This document shows, one piece after another, positions 9,686-22,789 of a DNA stretch of 50,626 bases. The notes below the pieces were generated by a model. It was given only the letters and a program-made list of their open reading frames with translations, did not search any database and was not told the DNA's origin. Made by a program: the position numbers and the translations under genes. The DNA is from Seison nebaliae. Its lineage: Eukaryota. Position 1 is the stretch's first letter, and each line of letters begins with the position of its first letter. The stretch is taken from positions 1 through 50,626 of the forward strand of contig JALJEE010002538.1 in assembly GCA_023231475.1 (NCBI GenBank), read 5' to 3'.

Positions 9686-12304
9686 TTACTGACAATTCAT
9701 CCAGTTACTGAAATTACGTTGTCTCTTCAGGATAGAGGAGGCGATTGAAGAGGTGGAGGAGGACGTCGTCACTTCCGTACTTTCGTCAACATCATGCTCC
9801 GTATACGAGTAGAGATGGTCAGTGTCTTTCGAGGGAGTTGGTTGACTGGTCTTGTTCATTTCCTCCGATAATGTCGTGTACGACTCTAATTGGAAGTTGG
9901 GCGGGAGGACACAAATCGGAATTTTATTATTATTCGGATCAACCGCATACAAAATTTGTGGTTCGGGCGTCTTACAATCGGGTTGGAAAGAAGTAATCTC
10001 GAAATTTTGAGGAATGCTCTGCTGATGGATATTCTTATTCAATCGATTCGTTATGTCGATACTATTTCGATGAGCGATAAAAAACGGAACTTCCGAATTT
10101 CCCCTTTCATTATACTCCAATTGTTGTTGTTGTTCGGGTTGTTCTTGTTGATGGGATGAAATATTAGTGTTCGATTGGTGTAGTTGTTGTTGGTGTTGAT
10201 GTTGGGGAAGTGTCGTAACATTTCCAATCAATAATTGTTGTTGTTGTTGTTGTTGTGGTGGTGGTGGTGGTTTGAATTGATTTTGTTCTGGAAAAAATTT
10301 ATTTTCATTTTTTAATATTTGTTGTTGTTGGAATTGAGTTGGTTGTTGTTGTTGTTGGAATTGAGGTGGTTGTTGTTGTTGTTGTTGTAGTGGTGATGGT
10401 AATGAAGGTGATAAATTTTCAGGTTCATAAATATTTTTAATTTTTTCATTTGGAATTATATGAAATTTGGAATGATGTTGTTGTTGTTGTTTTTGTTGTT
10501 TTTGTTTTTCTTCATGTGTGACATCGAATTTTGATGGTGAAACGTATTCGTATGATTTTGGTTGAACATAAATATTTTCTTTAGATGACGAATCGGTAGG
10601 AGTACTTCGTAGTTCGCTAATTTGAATGTTTTGTTTTGATGAATAAAAATATTCGTCACTAGTTTCATTGAAATCGGATTTCTTCTCGTCTTGATTCGTC
10701 ACATCGGACGACAATAATTTTGAGGAAGGACATTTCGAATTGAGTTTGGGTGATGGAAATTTACCACGATCCTTCCGTCCATTATTATCATCCGAGAGTT
10801 CGGTGACCACTTCCGTTTCGTATGACGATGGTGAATGATAATGATTCCTTCGATAAGTTTCGATCGACGACGCTTTATTCGAATGACTTAACGAGGACCA
10901 TGGCGATCCGTCATTCTTTCCCAATCGGGACACATGAGAAGAATTTGAAAAATTTTTCTTTCTCTCCTCCAATTCCGTTCTGGAAATATGTTCGAATGAA
11001 TCATTATTTGATAACTGGGAGAAATCGCTCAAGATCGAAGGAGAACCATCATTGGAAGCGAATAACCGTTTTTGTTTTTGTTGATCGTCTGATGAGAACA
11101 TCGATTCTTCTTTCGATTTCCTCACATCACTAATAAATGGTTGTATCGTTTGATATGATTTATGTCGTTTAGATCGATGTCTTCTTCGACGATTACCGTT
11201 ATTTGGAATGAATTCTGGTAAGAGATATGAAGACGAATGTTCATCATTCAAATAACGATGGGATGATGGAGGTATTGATGGAATGTTATCGAAATCGAGA
11301 GATCTTGGTCGACGATATTGTCGAGAGAGATATGTGGGTTTTCGTGGCTCCGGTGCAAAATCCGTTGGAAGACGACGAAATGTCGAATTTGGATGGAATT
11401 GAGTCTGATAATCATTATCAAAGATTTCGTCATAATAATGATTAGTGTGTTGTTGTTGTTGTTGTTGTTCGTGTGATCGATCGATAACATTCCAAGGATT
11501 TCGATTAACGTTGAAATCGGGTCGATAATATTGATAATATTGATGGGAGGTATATGATGGAAATTGGATGGTTTGTTGATTGGGTTTCTGGAGGAATTGA
11601 TCATAACTGATCGTTTCTTCACGTGGCAACGATTGGAATAAGATATTATCATTTATCGTATTCGTCTCATCGTACGAATAGTTCATGACGGTTTGAGGAT
11701 TGTTTTCATAATTCGAATAATGATATCCATATGGTGTGGCGTAGCCGGTGGAGGAGAAAGCGGGAATTGTCTCATGTGAATAATTATAAGGAGCGGGATA
11801 TTCGATGGTGAAATAATTGCCGGGATCGAACGAGATTCTCGTCGAACTAGCCGCTCCGTTCACATTCGAATTTATCAGAATATCAGAATTATTATCATAA
11901 TATGACGAATAAACCGTTCCCAGTTGTTGTTGTTGTTGTTGTGAGTGACAGTTGTTGTCGAGATAATTCTGTCCATAATCATAATTCGAATAATACGGTT
12001 CAACTACGTTCGCTGGAGTAGTTTCTTGACAATTTTCAATTTCGTTACTACAATTCGGATAAATTTGTTGTTGTTGTTGCCAATATGTTACATTGGGAAT
12101 ATAATTGAAGAGATTGTGCTGATTCGTGTGATAGGGGAGGGGATATTGATTGAGAAAGGATTGCTGATAGGAATTGGGAATGCCCAAATTGTTGATTAGA
12201 TTTGATATGGGCGCGCGACGATACTGTTCGCGAAGTAACGCGATATGATAATCGTCTCGTGCATTTCTTAATCTTCTCGATTCGGTCGCTAAATTGTTAC
12301 CCAT
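9686..12304 (-). CDS. Uncharacterised 872-aa low-complexity (Q/N/Y/S-rich) protein, single exon
   Basis: A 2.6-kb uninterrupted ORF in AT-rich DNA. Starts MGNNLA (possible N-myristoylation), contains poly-Q tracts, and has no recognisable globular domain. Confidence 0.8.
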   Translation of the reverse strand: MGNNLATESRRLRNARDDYHIALLREQYRRAPISNLINNLGIPNSYQQSFLNQYPLPYHTNQHNLFNYIPNVTYWQQQQQIYPNCSNEIENCQETTPANVVEPYYSNYDYGQNYLDNNCHSQQQQQQLGTVYSSYYDNNSDILINSNVNGAASSTRISFDPGNYFTIEYPAPYNYSHETIPAFSSTGYATPYGYHYSNYENNPQTVMNYSYDETNTINDNILFQSLPREETISYDQFLQKPNQQTIQFPSYTSHQYYQYYRPDFNVNRNPWNVIDRSHEQQQQQQHTNHYYDEIFDNDYQTQFHPNSTFRRLPTDFAPEPRKPTYLSRQYRRPRSLDFDNIPSIPPSSHRYLNDEHSSSYLLPEFIPNNGNRRRRHRSKRHKSYQTIQPFISDVRKSKEESMFSSDDQQKQKRLFASNDGSPSILSDFSQLSNNDSFEHISRTELEERKKNFSNSSHVSRLGKNDGSPWSSLSHSNKASSIETYRRNHYHSPSSYETEVVTELSDDNNGRKDRGKFPSPKLNSKCPSSKLLSSDVTNQDEKKSDFNETSDEYFYSSKQNIQISELRSTPTDSSSKENIYVQPKSYEYVSPSKFDVTHEEKQKQQKQQQQHHSKFHIIPNEKIKNIYEPENLSPSLPSPLQQQQQQPPQFQQQQQPTQFQQQQILKNENKFFPEQNQFKPPPPPQQQQQQQLLIGNVTTLPQHQHQQQLHQSNTNISSHQQEQPEQQQQLEYNERGNSEVPFFIAHRNSIDITNRLNKNIHQQSIPQNFEITSFQPDCKTPEPQILYAVDPNNNKIPICVLPPNFQLESYTTLSEEMNKTSQPTPSKDTDHLYSYTEHDVDESTEVTTSSSTSSIASSILKRQRNFSNWMNCQ

Positions 12305-12978
12305 CTTTCAGTGGATGAATGAAGGTAGTGAAGAAATATTTATTTGGGCGACGCTGATGAGAGGGAGAACAATAGAACAAAGAAGGAAAGTTTGATGGAG
12401 TTTGTACAAATTCGAAATAAATAAACTTATCTAAATTTCACTTATCCGTTCGTGAATAACAAGATAAGATAATTTAAACAATTATCATTGAATTGAAAGG
12501 ATAATTACTTACGCAAAACACACACACACATATCTACTACATCTCTCTATAATCATACCGACCAATAATCGTTAGATTAATGCTCCTAATGATGTGGGAT
12601 GGATCGGGCGACATATCTAACAAACACCTCACCAACTTGTCTCCTTTATTGATATTTAATTCTTGCTATTACACCTCTACTCGTTGATTGCTCTCCTCCT
12701 CGCACAACCTCGAACAATTCTTCTCCCGATCGAGTGGTTGTTAGAAAAACGTGCGATCTCTAACAAATATACGTAAATTTTTCGTGATAAATCACTTGCA
12801 TTATTCATAACTTCATCATCATTACGATCATTCCCCCCCAACCCCACCTTTTATCAACGCGACAATACTACTATTCTTCGTCTTATAGAGACGGTGAGTG
12901 AATGTGGAGAATTGTGACACTCCTTGACTCATTTCAATCATTTACTTACCAATTATTTTCGCTTACTATTCTTCTTCT

Positions 12979-12979
12979 T

Positions 12980-13018
<39 letters not shown>
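12979..13018. repeat. (CTA)n microsatellite
   Basis: About 13 tandem CTA units. Confidence 0.95.
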
Positions 13019-13083
13019 TTGCCATATCTATACAATTCTCATTTGAACCATTTCTCAATTTCATCAAAATGAATTTTTTCTAC

Positions 13084-13142
13084 GAAAAAATTTGAATTTT
13101 CAAGTTCCGAAAAAAAGAAAAAAATTTGAATTTTCAAGTTCC
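13084..13142. repeat. Short direct duplication
   Basis: AAAAAATTTGAATTTTCAAGTTCC occurs twice, about 35 bp apart. Confidence 0.85.
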
Positions 13143-13277
13143 AAAAAAGACATAAATTAGGAAAGAATGAATTAAGTTTTATAATTTTCCGTTTAAAATT
13201 TCATAATAAATAAAAACATAAAAAGAGTGGAACGACATTCATCTAAACAATATTCTCCCATCATTTACTGGGAAATG

Positions 13278-16200
13278 TTAAGCTACGTTAAATCCAGTAT
13301 CGTAATTGGCTTCAATAGCGTAATCGAACAGTTCACCGAAATCTTCAGATTTCATGACGATTTCGGGAATGTCGACGGAGGAGAAACATGTGTGAAACAT
13401 GAAGCCGTTGTCAGCGCCTTTGTCGACAACGTTGAAACGAATCCGATCGGCTGTTTGGAACCCGCCGGCTGGTATAAATTGGACTCCCTTAATAACCGAC
13501 ACGAATCGATAAATTGCGTCCGAATCTTTCTTCAATATATACTCCTCCATTTTCTTTATGTAAACTTCTTCTTTTAACGAAGCGAAATTGATAGAAATGA
13601 GGAATTCTTCCGCCGTAATCTCTCGTTGTGGACTGAGAATTTGCTGATGAATGACAATTCGTTTGGAATTTTTTTTAATTTGAAAAAAAATTGAATGAGA
13701 GAAAAAAAGGGAATGACCAACACAAAGTTCAATTTCGTCAATATTCGTTAACATGGCTCTGGTAACACAAGCCGTGAAACCGGCATGGAATTTTTGGTGC
13801 ATTCTCGGAAAAGCACCAGTAGCGACTATAATGGCCAGATCTCTATTTTGAATGAGAAATTTAAATTTCAAATAATGAGAGGGAAATAATAAACTTTAGA
13901 ATGAAATTCTCCAACTCTTCGTACGAGTGAACTGGAATTTCGAAAGCGACTCCCCTTGTCAATAGTCGTCGTTGCTCCGCACTGAAGGTGTCGAACGATT
14001 CGGTAGTGTTATTTATCAGATATTCACGTTCGTCCTCCAGATCTATTTCTCCTAATCGATTTGAATGAGATTAGTTTGTGAAAAAATTTGAAAATTTTAA
14101 AAACTCAATTCCGCGAGATAAAGTCTCAATTCGATGTAGTTATTAGGAAAGAATTTTGCGATTTCTTCTCTGATAGCGTCCGTTTCTTCGGGACTCGCCG
14201 TTTGCAATGCCTCTTTTTTCGATTCACAAAGTTCCTTAAACTCTTTTCCTGCTACGGCATTATCTCTCATCTCACCCATCATGTAATCGACGGTGGCGCT
14301 TTGATATGGCATGTCGGCCATGGTTTCAGGAATGTCGCTGGTAATTCCAAATTGGGGATCATAAAAAAGTCCGCTGAATTTTTCAAAAATTTCAAATTAT
14401 CATACGAATGGAAGAAAGAAGATATTAACAGAATGGAAATTAAATCCTGATACGTTTTGAGAGGGAATGAACTGATAAGATCTCGATAATCGATCGATTC
14501 GTTCAGAACACAATATCTCAGAAATAACGGATGTAATTTGAAAGGTAAAAGAATTCGATGTAGAAGACACTAAAAAGAAAAAATGAAAAGCCTAAAAAAA
14601 ATTGAAAAATAAAGTGAAACATATCCGATATAGCGACCCATTGCCTCCCAGAAAAAGTCGAGATCTCTATCAGCCATCGTTAAATTGAAATCATAACTGG
14701 GTAAATAAAATCCGCCCTTCGTTTTCATGAACGGTCCCGTCACGGTATTTTCTAACTGTCGTCCGAATTTACTAAAAGTGTCGTTGAATACACCACCATA
14801 GTCTTCGGCTGGTGTATTTGAATTGATGATGAATCGTCGTCTTAAATTGTAGACGTCAATTCCCATGAAAACTCGAATCATCTCGCCGGGTATATTGTCC
14901 AGATCCATTTTAATTATGTAATAGGAATCGGCAATTCGCCGAGTATAACGAGTGACACTGAGCTCGTGTTGATTCTGATAGAATGCTCGTTGGGAGATCG
15001 TCGGCCATTGTTGCACATTCACATTGGCCAATTCCAATCGTTTCGAATTCAAATGTGCAGGAATACGATATCTCGAATCCAACATATCCGAATAGAAAGG
15101 AAGATTATTGTGATCCAGGAACGTTTTATATCCCGGATATAATTCACCTGTGAAATGAGCATGACTATCCACAAAATCATGATAATATAGAAGAGATAAA
15201 TGAAAATGAAACGGTGTTATTCGCGGATCAACTGCCATCACATGTCCACTATATTTGTTGATATAATGTACCGAATTTCCTACGGCACATTTCACTAACA
15301 AAATAGGGGGGAAATGAAGAAAGAGAGATATGTTAATGGAAACTATAATTATTCGGTTCAACGTCAAATCTCATGATTTCAAACGAACCATATTTCATAA
15401 TTTCTTTCTTCCTCATATCGTGCTAATTTAATGATATTATTATTAAATTTTAATAAATTTTAATAAAATCTAATTATAAAAATAACCAGAGCAATTAAAA
15501 TAATTTCTTTTTGAAGTTGACTCGTATTTTCAGTAACTCCAAAAATCGGATTTCCCGTTGACAATCTATATTTTTCACTGATGTAATTTATTCGGTTATT
15601 TTGCACGTCGATTTGGACGTTCCAATCGCCGCCCAATCCTCGATATTGACTGCCTTCGATGGCGTTGTACATTTGGAAGTCGCCAACGATCTTATTGCGG
15701 AAAACGGCGAGTTGACTGTAGATGATCTCGTCTTTGGATTCGGTGGGTACGTATGTGGGATCTAATCTCCCTTCCATCAATCTGATTAAAAATGAAGAAA
15801 TTTTTAAAAAATTCAAATTTAACCCCGGCAATGCTACTTGGTCCGGTCTTTCAATACTTTTACTGAGATGTTTGAATAAAGCATTCATCATCTCAGCTTG
15901 TGGTTGATAGATGGCACTATTGACTTCGGCATTCGTTTGAAAGAAAGCATAAATGTTATTAACTATAGAAATTATTGAAAAATATTATTTCTCAAAATTT
16001 TTTAATTAACATGGCGCATTATCATCTCGATTTACTGTTTTCATTTGTAGCAATATGTCTCCCATATTAATCACGGGTAAATCGACGGTGGATATGTCAA
16101 CGAAATCTTTCACTAACCACAACTCACTCTGCGAAGTTAACAGATTGGGATTCCTGGCATATTTATAAATGTCCCGATATTGTTCGTATGTCAAAACGGG

Positions 16201-16888
16201 CCGAATTTTCCCTTTCAGTATCATCGTATATTCACCAATACAATTCGTACTAGATAAGAAGTTTAAGGTGGCCCTTCCGATGAGGAGATCATCCGTCGGT
16301 TTATGACCCAAATAATAGATCTCAACCAATAAGGGGAATGTCATATCGAAACTGATGGTTTTTTTTTGTTTCCGTTAATTAATCTCATTAAAATTCAAAA
16401 TTAATTTAAACTATTTAATACGATTTATGTATTTCAATTTCTCTCCTTTCGACCCTGACACTCGTATGCCACTAGAAGAAAGTCTCCTATTCTGATATGT
16501 GATGTCAACTTGAAATTTTAATTGCTGATAATCTCGTAGACTAATCGGCTCTTTATGTTTAATTTTATCAGCGAAAAGATAATGGAGAACATTCGCCTCT
16601 AACAAACACTCTTCGACTTATTACGAACAATTGACCATATATATATATATAAGAATTAAATTAAGGAAAGAAACTTCTCAATTGAGGGTCGAGTACCATT
16701 GATGTTGGTCGAGGTCCATCCAAAACATCTGGTTTACTTTTTCGAGGAATTCCTTTAGGGAAATCACCGAGATCATCTGGATAATCGGAATCATCTCTCA
16801 CTAAGGATGAACGAGGAGTATCTCCACTCCTATTCGACTCATCCGAATAAAGAGTGTTGATAGTTTGAGCGACCGGACTATAACTCAT
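13278..16888 (-). CDS. Divergent NEDD4-family (C2-WW-HECT) E3 ubiquitin ligase, multi-exon
   Basis: C2-like segment LLVEIYYLGHKPTDDLLIGRATLNF. Two WW-like segments (LGGDWNVQIDVQNNRINYIS...TGNP and VHYINKYSGHVMAVDPR). HECT motifs EDYGGV, MGRYIG and RFVSVIKGVQFIPAGGF, catalytic HTCF, and a C-terminal -4 Phe (GFNVA*). The start codon is uncertain. Confidence 0.85.
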
Positions 16889-17016
16889 GATAAGGGGAAC
16901 AAAGTGAAACAACGAAAAAATAAAGAAAGGAAAGAAAAGGAAAAATACAGAAAAAAATCGAAAATAATTTGAATTGAAAATATGTTGTCTTTATTATTTA
17001 CCTCCAAACAAAAATT

Positions 17017-19357
17017 CTATTTGTCTCCTTTCTTATCACATTTATTTTTTTCAGAACTCGTCGATTCTTCTTTCGTCTTATTCCAATTTTTCAATCCTTC
17101 AGGTATCGTCGTATCTTCATCCATCGATCCCGTTCCCTCCACGAATTCTTCATAAGTCGATTTCTCAACAAACGGTCGTTTTCCCAACAACTCCACCATA
17201 TCCTCCTTCTTCAACACCTCACTTTTCAACAATCGTTCAGCGACCTATAGAAAAAATTTTAAAAAAAAATTTTTTGGAAAGAAATTTTTTGATGGAAATT
17301 TAAATGGAATAAACTTTAATAATATCATCGCGATGTTTCTCTAATAATTCTCTTGTGGTATTTTCAGCTCGTTCGATGAGATTTCTCGCCTCGTCATCGA
17401 TGGTAGCGGCGGTTTTCTCCGAATATGGTTTATCGAAAACCATTTCGCCAGGTTGTGGTTGTTGGAAGGACAACGGTCCGACTTTCGACGACATTCCATA
17501 ATTGACGATTTGTGAGTAGGCACTTTGAGTGACTTTCTGAAGATCGTCTTGAGCGCCCGTCGTCAATTCGTTGAAGAACATCAATTCCGATATTCGACCA
17601 CCTAAAGTCATACACATTCGATGGAATAATTGATTTTGAGAATAAAGAAATTGTTCTCGAGGCAGATATTGTGCATATCCCAAACCACGTCCTCGTGGAA
17701 TTATCGAAACTTTTAATAAGGGATCGGCATATTTCAAATTCCATCCAGCCACCGCATGACCCGCTTCATGATAAGCCACTTTTTTCTTTTCTTCCGGTTG
17801 GAGGACTTGAGTCTTTTTTTCTAATCCTGCAATGACACGTTCAATCGCCATCTCGAAATGTTTCCATTCCACAAAGTCACTCAATTGTCTCGCCGCTATT
17901 AATGCGGCTTCATTACAAACATTCGCAACATCAGCACCAGAAAATCCCGGTGTCAAAGCCGACAATTTTTTCGCCCATTCTTTCTTCTCATCGATCTTTT
18001 CGTCACTTATTAAATTCATTCGTAAAGGTGTCAAATGAACGCGGAAGACAGATGCACGTCCTTTAATGTCTGGTAATCCGACGAAAATTTGACGATCAAA
18101 TCGACCCGGACGTAAAAGTGCAGGATCTAAAATATCCGAACGATTCGTCGCTGCTAAAACGATAATTCCACTTTGTTGACGGAAACCGTCCAATTCCACT
18201 AATAATTGATTCAAAGTATTTTCTTGTTCACTTTGACCACCAATATTTCTACCACCACGTTTCCTTCCGATGGCGTCAATCTCGTCAATAAACAGAATAC
18301 AAGGTGCTCGTTTTCGAGCTTGTTCAAACATGTCACGAACTCTTGACGGTCCAACACCCACAAACATCTCCAAAAATTCCGATCCACTCACTGTTATAAA
18401 TGGAACATTCGCTTCTCCTGCCGTGGCTTTTGCTAACAAAGTTTTTCCAGTTCCTGGTGGTCCGGTAAGAAGAGCTCCTTTTGGTATTTTCGCTCCAATT
18501 TTCGTATATTGTTCGGGATGTTTTAAAAAATTGACGAATTCCATTATCTCCAATTTAGCCTCTTCACAACCTGCCACGTCTTTAAATGTCACTCCGACAT
18601 TCTCAGAAACAATTCTTGCTTTGGAACTTCCCATACCGAAAATTCCACCAGGACCTCCTCCAATTCCTGAACTACCACCACCTCCTGATTTTCCACCCAT
18701 CATCATCGAACCAGCACGTCTCATGAACCAGAAAATGAGGACGAATGGAAGAATCCAACCGAGAACGGATAAGATGGTGGACATGTCGGCAGATGAACGA
18801 TAAATGATTGGAATCCGTTTCGACGGTTCCACATTCCTCTCATCCTCCAATCGCTCAAGACTACGTTCTAAACTCTCAACACTACCGATATTGAACCAGA
18901 TGATTCGAGAGGATGCTTGAGAACCATTCTTCATTCGAAGACGACAATATTTTTTATTAACCACCTCCAATTGATCGACATTGGCATAATAATCTGAGAC
19001 GAATTGTTGCCAAGTAATCTCATCATATAATTGATTATAAGTAACGTAGAAGAGGGCGAGAGAAGAGAAAGCGATAAAAGCATAAAACGATTTCATATCC
19101 ATCTTCTCAGGATTATTTCGATCAGATTTCTTCTCATTATTCTCTTCGAATTTCTTCTTGTCATTTTGAACGGTTTTCATCAATTGTTCCAGAAATGTTT
19201 TCATATTTTGTTCAGGTGGTCTCGATTCATCTTTATTCTTCTTCTCATTATAGAGAAGTGAAGATATAGATAATGGTCGAATCATCACAGTCTCGTGATT
19301 GAAACGCCATCTCAATATTCGGTGAATCGATTTGCTTTTAGTCACCAATCGATTCAT
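17017..19357 (-). CDS. AFG3L2: Mitochondrial m-AAA protease subunit (AFG3-like 2), 2 exons, intron 17245-17314
   Basis: Two TM helices, Walker A GPPGTGKT, Walker [24 protein letters not shown] zinc motif, and AFG3L2-typical [11 protein letters not shown] and [11 protein letters not shown]. Confidence 0.95.
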
Positions 19358-19888
19358 GAGGAAAAAATAAGAAATTAATTGTGTGTTTATTAATGAAGAG
19401 TGAGGAGAAAGAAAATTTAGAATTTCATCGAAAGCTTCATCTTTCTAATTGTTCGGATTTGTAGAAGAATTCTTTTCAATTATTTTCATATCGCATATCA
19501 ATTTTTCAATTATTCGAATTTTCATTCAACACGAAAAATTTGGATTGAAAAAATTTTAAATTTAAAAATATTCAATTATTTATGTCTTCGTCTATTTAAA
19601 TTGCAGAAAAAGTTTATTGTCAAATAAAAAAAAAACAACAAGAGAAAACACAAAAGAGAATTGGATAATTTTTTGACAAGATGTTCGTGGAGAATGGAGA
19701 TTGACGTGGTAATGAATGAGAAATGATTTTGGGAAAGATTTGGAGGGTAGATTGAGAGTTCAATAAAAGAAATAGAGAGAGAGAGAGAGAGAAAGAACGA
19801 TTGGAAAGAAATATATGGCTAGAAGACAAATAAATAGATTCCGAAGAATAACGGATGGATTTTGAAAGAAAAACAAAAGAATTGAAAG

Positions 19889-22542
19889 TTATTGATGAGA
19901 ATCTGATTGTTGTTGTTGTTGTTGTTGTGGCTCTTGTTTCGTGTAAAGTTCATTATTGACGTTCGTGGACGTGGAGGAAAAGATCGATGGGAAATTCTGA
20001 TTTTGTGGGAAGGAATATTGCATGAGATCTATTTAATTAAAGAGAGAAAAGAAATGAATTTAAATTAAGAAAAAATAAATAAGAGAAACCATAACGATTA
20101 TTGAACTCGGAATTGATTGAATATGAATCAGCATTATTCTGTAACGATTGTTGTTGTTGTTGTTGTTGATTAGTTTGTGATGATTCTATAGAATTATTCT
20201 TGTCATTATCCAATACCGTCGACGATGACGACACAATTTGTTGTTGTTGTTGTTGTTGCTGATTTGATTGTAAATGTTGTTGTTGTTGTTGCTGTTGTAT
20301 CATCATTGCCATTAATGGATTATTTGAATTAAGAAATGATGTTTGATCATAATGTTGTTGTTGTTGATTGTGGAGAAGTTGTTGTTGTTGTTGTTGTTGT
20401 TGTTGTTCATTATTCAATTGAGAATAAACATCATCTGAAAAAAAAGTAAGGAGTAATATATTAGAGAGAGACAGATAATGAAGAAGAGAAAAAAAAACAA
20501 TTTTCATTTTCATTTTCCGTTTTTAATTGCATATTATCTCGAAGTGCCATAGCCATATATTGTTGGAAATTTTGTTGATATAATAATTGATCGATATAAG
20601 GAGATTTATTAACAATATCCGAATAGAAATTTGCATCAACAACTGCAGCAGCAGCTGCTACCGCTGCCGGAAAGAATGGTTGTTGTTGTTGTTGTTGTTG
20701 ATCGCCTGTCAACAATTGAGAATTTGTATCGGATATACTATTGTTATTGTTGTTGGTGGGAGTGGTTGTGGGAGTAATGGAAGTGATAGATGAATCATTC
20801 GTATTTGTTAGAAGAGATTGTGGATTGGAAAAATTATGAAAATCATTTCCACTCCCAAAATTTGTGGCAGCGGCAAAATTGGGAAATAACATTTGATGCA
20901 AATTATGTTGTTGTTGTTGTTGTTGTAATTGTTGAAGATGATGTTGTGAATTAGTCGTCGACGAATTATTCAAATGAGACGACGATGTTGTTGTAGTTGT
21001 TGTTGTGTTGATTGTTCCACTTTTTTGTTCGTCGATAACGAGGACGGATCGATCGACAGGAGTAAAATTTGAAATTATAAACATCACTTCATCATTGAAT
21101 GGATTAGTGAAGGCATAACTTTGAATTTTCATTGGTAACCAACACGATCCACCTTCCACACATTGTGTACTTGGTGAATTATTTTGTTGTTGTTGTTGTT
21201 GACGATAACGTTTACAAACATTTTCATTAATACATAATAATCGACATGAATAATTCGTTGTAGTTTTATTGACGAAAGATTGTTCTAATTGTTTCGCCAT
21301 TTCCGATCGATCATCTGGATGAATTAGATCCAATAATTCTTTTCCTAAACTCTCACGTGGTTCTAGACCGAGAATAGAAGTTGATCTCTGATCGACAAAT
21401 GTCAATCGACCATCAATTGAACTTCTCACACAAAACTCGCTCGGATCTCCTTTCAAATCTGAAACATTTGGCAATGCCGCTACTTGTAATCGACCGATAG
21501 CTACCAAACAACAAACATGTTGATTTGTTTCATTCGTCGTTCCATTTCCACTCGACGTCGATTTATTCGTCTCTTTCTTATTAAAATTTTTCGATGCTGA
21601 TGATACTGGCCAATTTTTCGTATATCCCGTTATATGTACCACTGCATATGAATTTTTTGAATCATGTTGTTGTTGTTGTTGTTGTTGATGATGAATTTCC
21701 GTTTGATGTTCCGTATCACCAAGTGGAGTTCGATTTCGTTCACGATAAATTGTCGGTGTCATTCCATAACAATAAGCGATTTGTGGATCGGAATTTGGTG
21801 GTGGTGACAAATTTCCCATTTTCAAACGACAAACGAAATTCCGTCGACTTCCCATACAAATTTTCATTGAAGACGAATGTGCTTCTTTTTTTACCGTTCC
21901 TGATTTCATATCCAACACACGTCCTTGACAATTATTCGATGAATTATTATTCTGATTTTGATTGTTGTTGTTATTGTTGCTGTTGTTGGTGAGTGCGTCA
22001 TGACAAAATTGTTCACGAACTTTCTCTCGATCTTTCGGATGAATTAATTGGAAGAAATTTGACGAATACCATTCTGATGGTGCTATATTCAATACTGCCA
22101 TAACGGCATCACTCACATATCGAATGTTTCCTGTTTCACATTCCGTCACAAAAAGGAAACCATCTGCTGCTTCCAATAAAAGATGTTTCAATTCTAAATC
22201 TGTCAAAAATGATGGTTTATATCCTGCCGAATCGTGACTTGATGACGATGTATTCGTTCCACTCGATGATGACGTTCCAACACTATTCGAACAATGATTT
22301 AATTGTTGTCTCAACGCTTTCATATGAGACGAAGCCATTCGAAGAATTGTTAATTTGTCCGGTTTCCTTGGCAACTGGGAACAAGCGGGCACCATATCAC
22401 AAAGTTCGTTGAAGAATCGGGCCATTTTAACGCGTCGTCGTCTTTCGATTTCGCAGTGCGACTCTCGTGCCTGTTTCTCTTTTTCATGTTCTGCATTCTC
22501 CGTCGTCGAATCGACGGACTGTGGTTGTATCATCGTCTTCAT
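19889..22542 (-). CDS. ARNT: ARNT/Tango (HIF-1beta) bHLH-PAS transcription factor, 3 exons (introns 20435-20498 and about 20029-20095)
   Basis: bHLH ARESHCEIERRRR...RKPDKLTILRMA, YKPSFLTDLELKHLLLEAADGFLFV (PAS-A), CLVAIGRLQ, PAS-B ending AFTNPFNDEV, and a Q-rich C-terminus. Confidence 0.95.
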
Positions 22543-22750
22543 GTCCAAGTGACGATAATTCAAAATTTAAAAATTTGACTTTTTTTTTTGGGAGAATTAA
22601 ATAAATTAATTCAATTTATAGTTTATCATTTCACTATTTATTTCTTCGTTCCCATTAGATAATGTTGTCGATTGAGAGAAGTCAAAGAATTTCCTAATAA
22701 TTCGTTGAACACAAGAAAGAAATCTCTTTTGAAATGATAATGGACTTCCC

Positions 22751-22756
<6 letters not shown>

Positions 22757-22789
<33 letters not shown>

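Noticed and set aside
18270..18803. 177-aa plus-strand ORF and other antisense or alternative-frame ORFs over AFG3L2, PGGT1B, DNAJC25, the kinases and the Q-rich gene
   Set aside because: Shadow ORFs of real coding sequence with no independent protein features.
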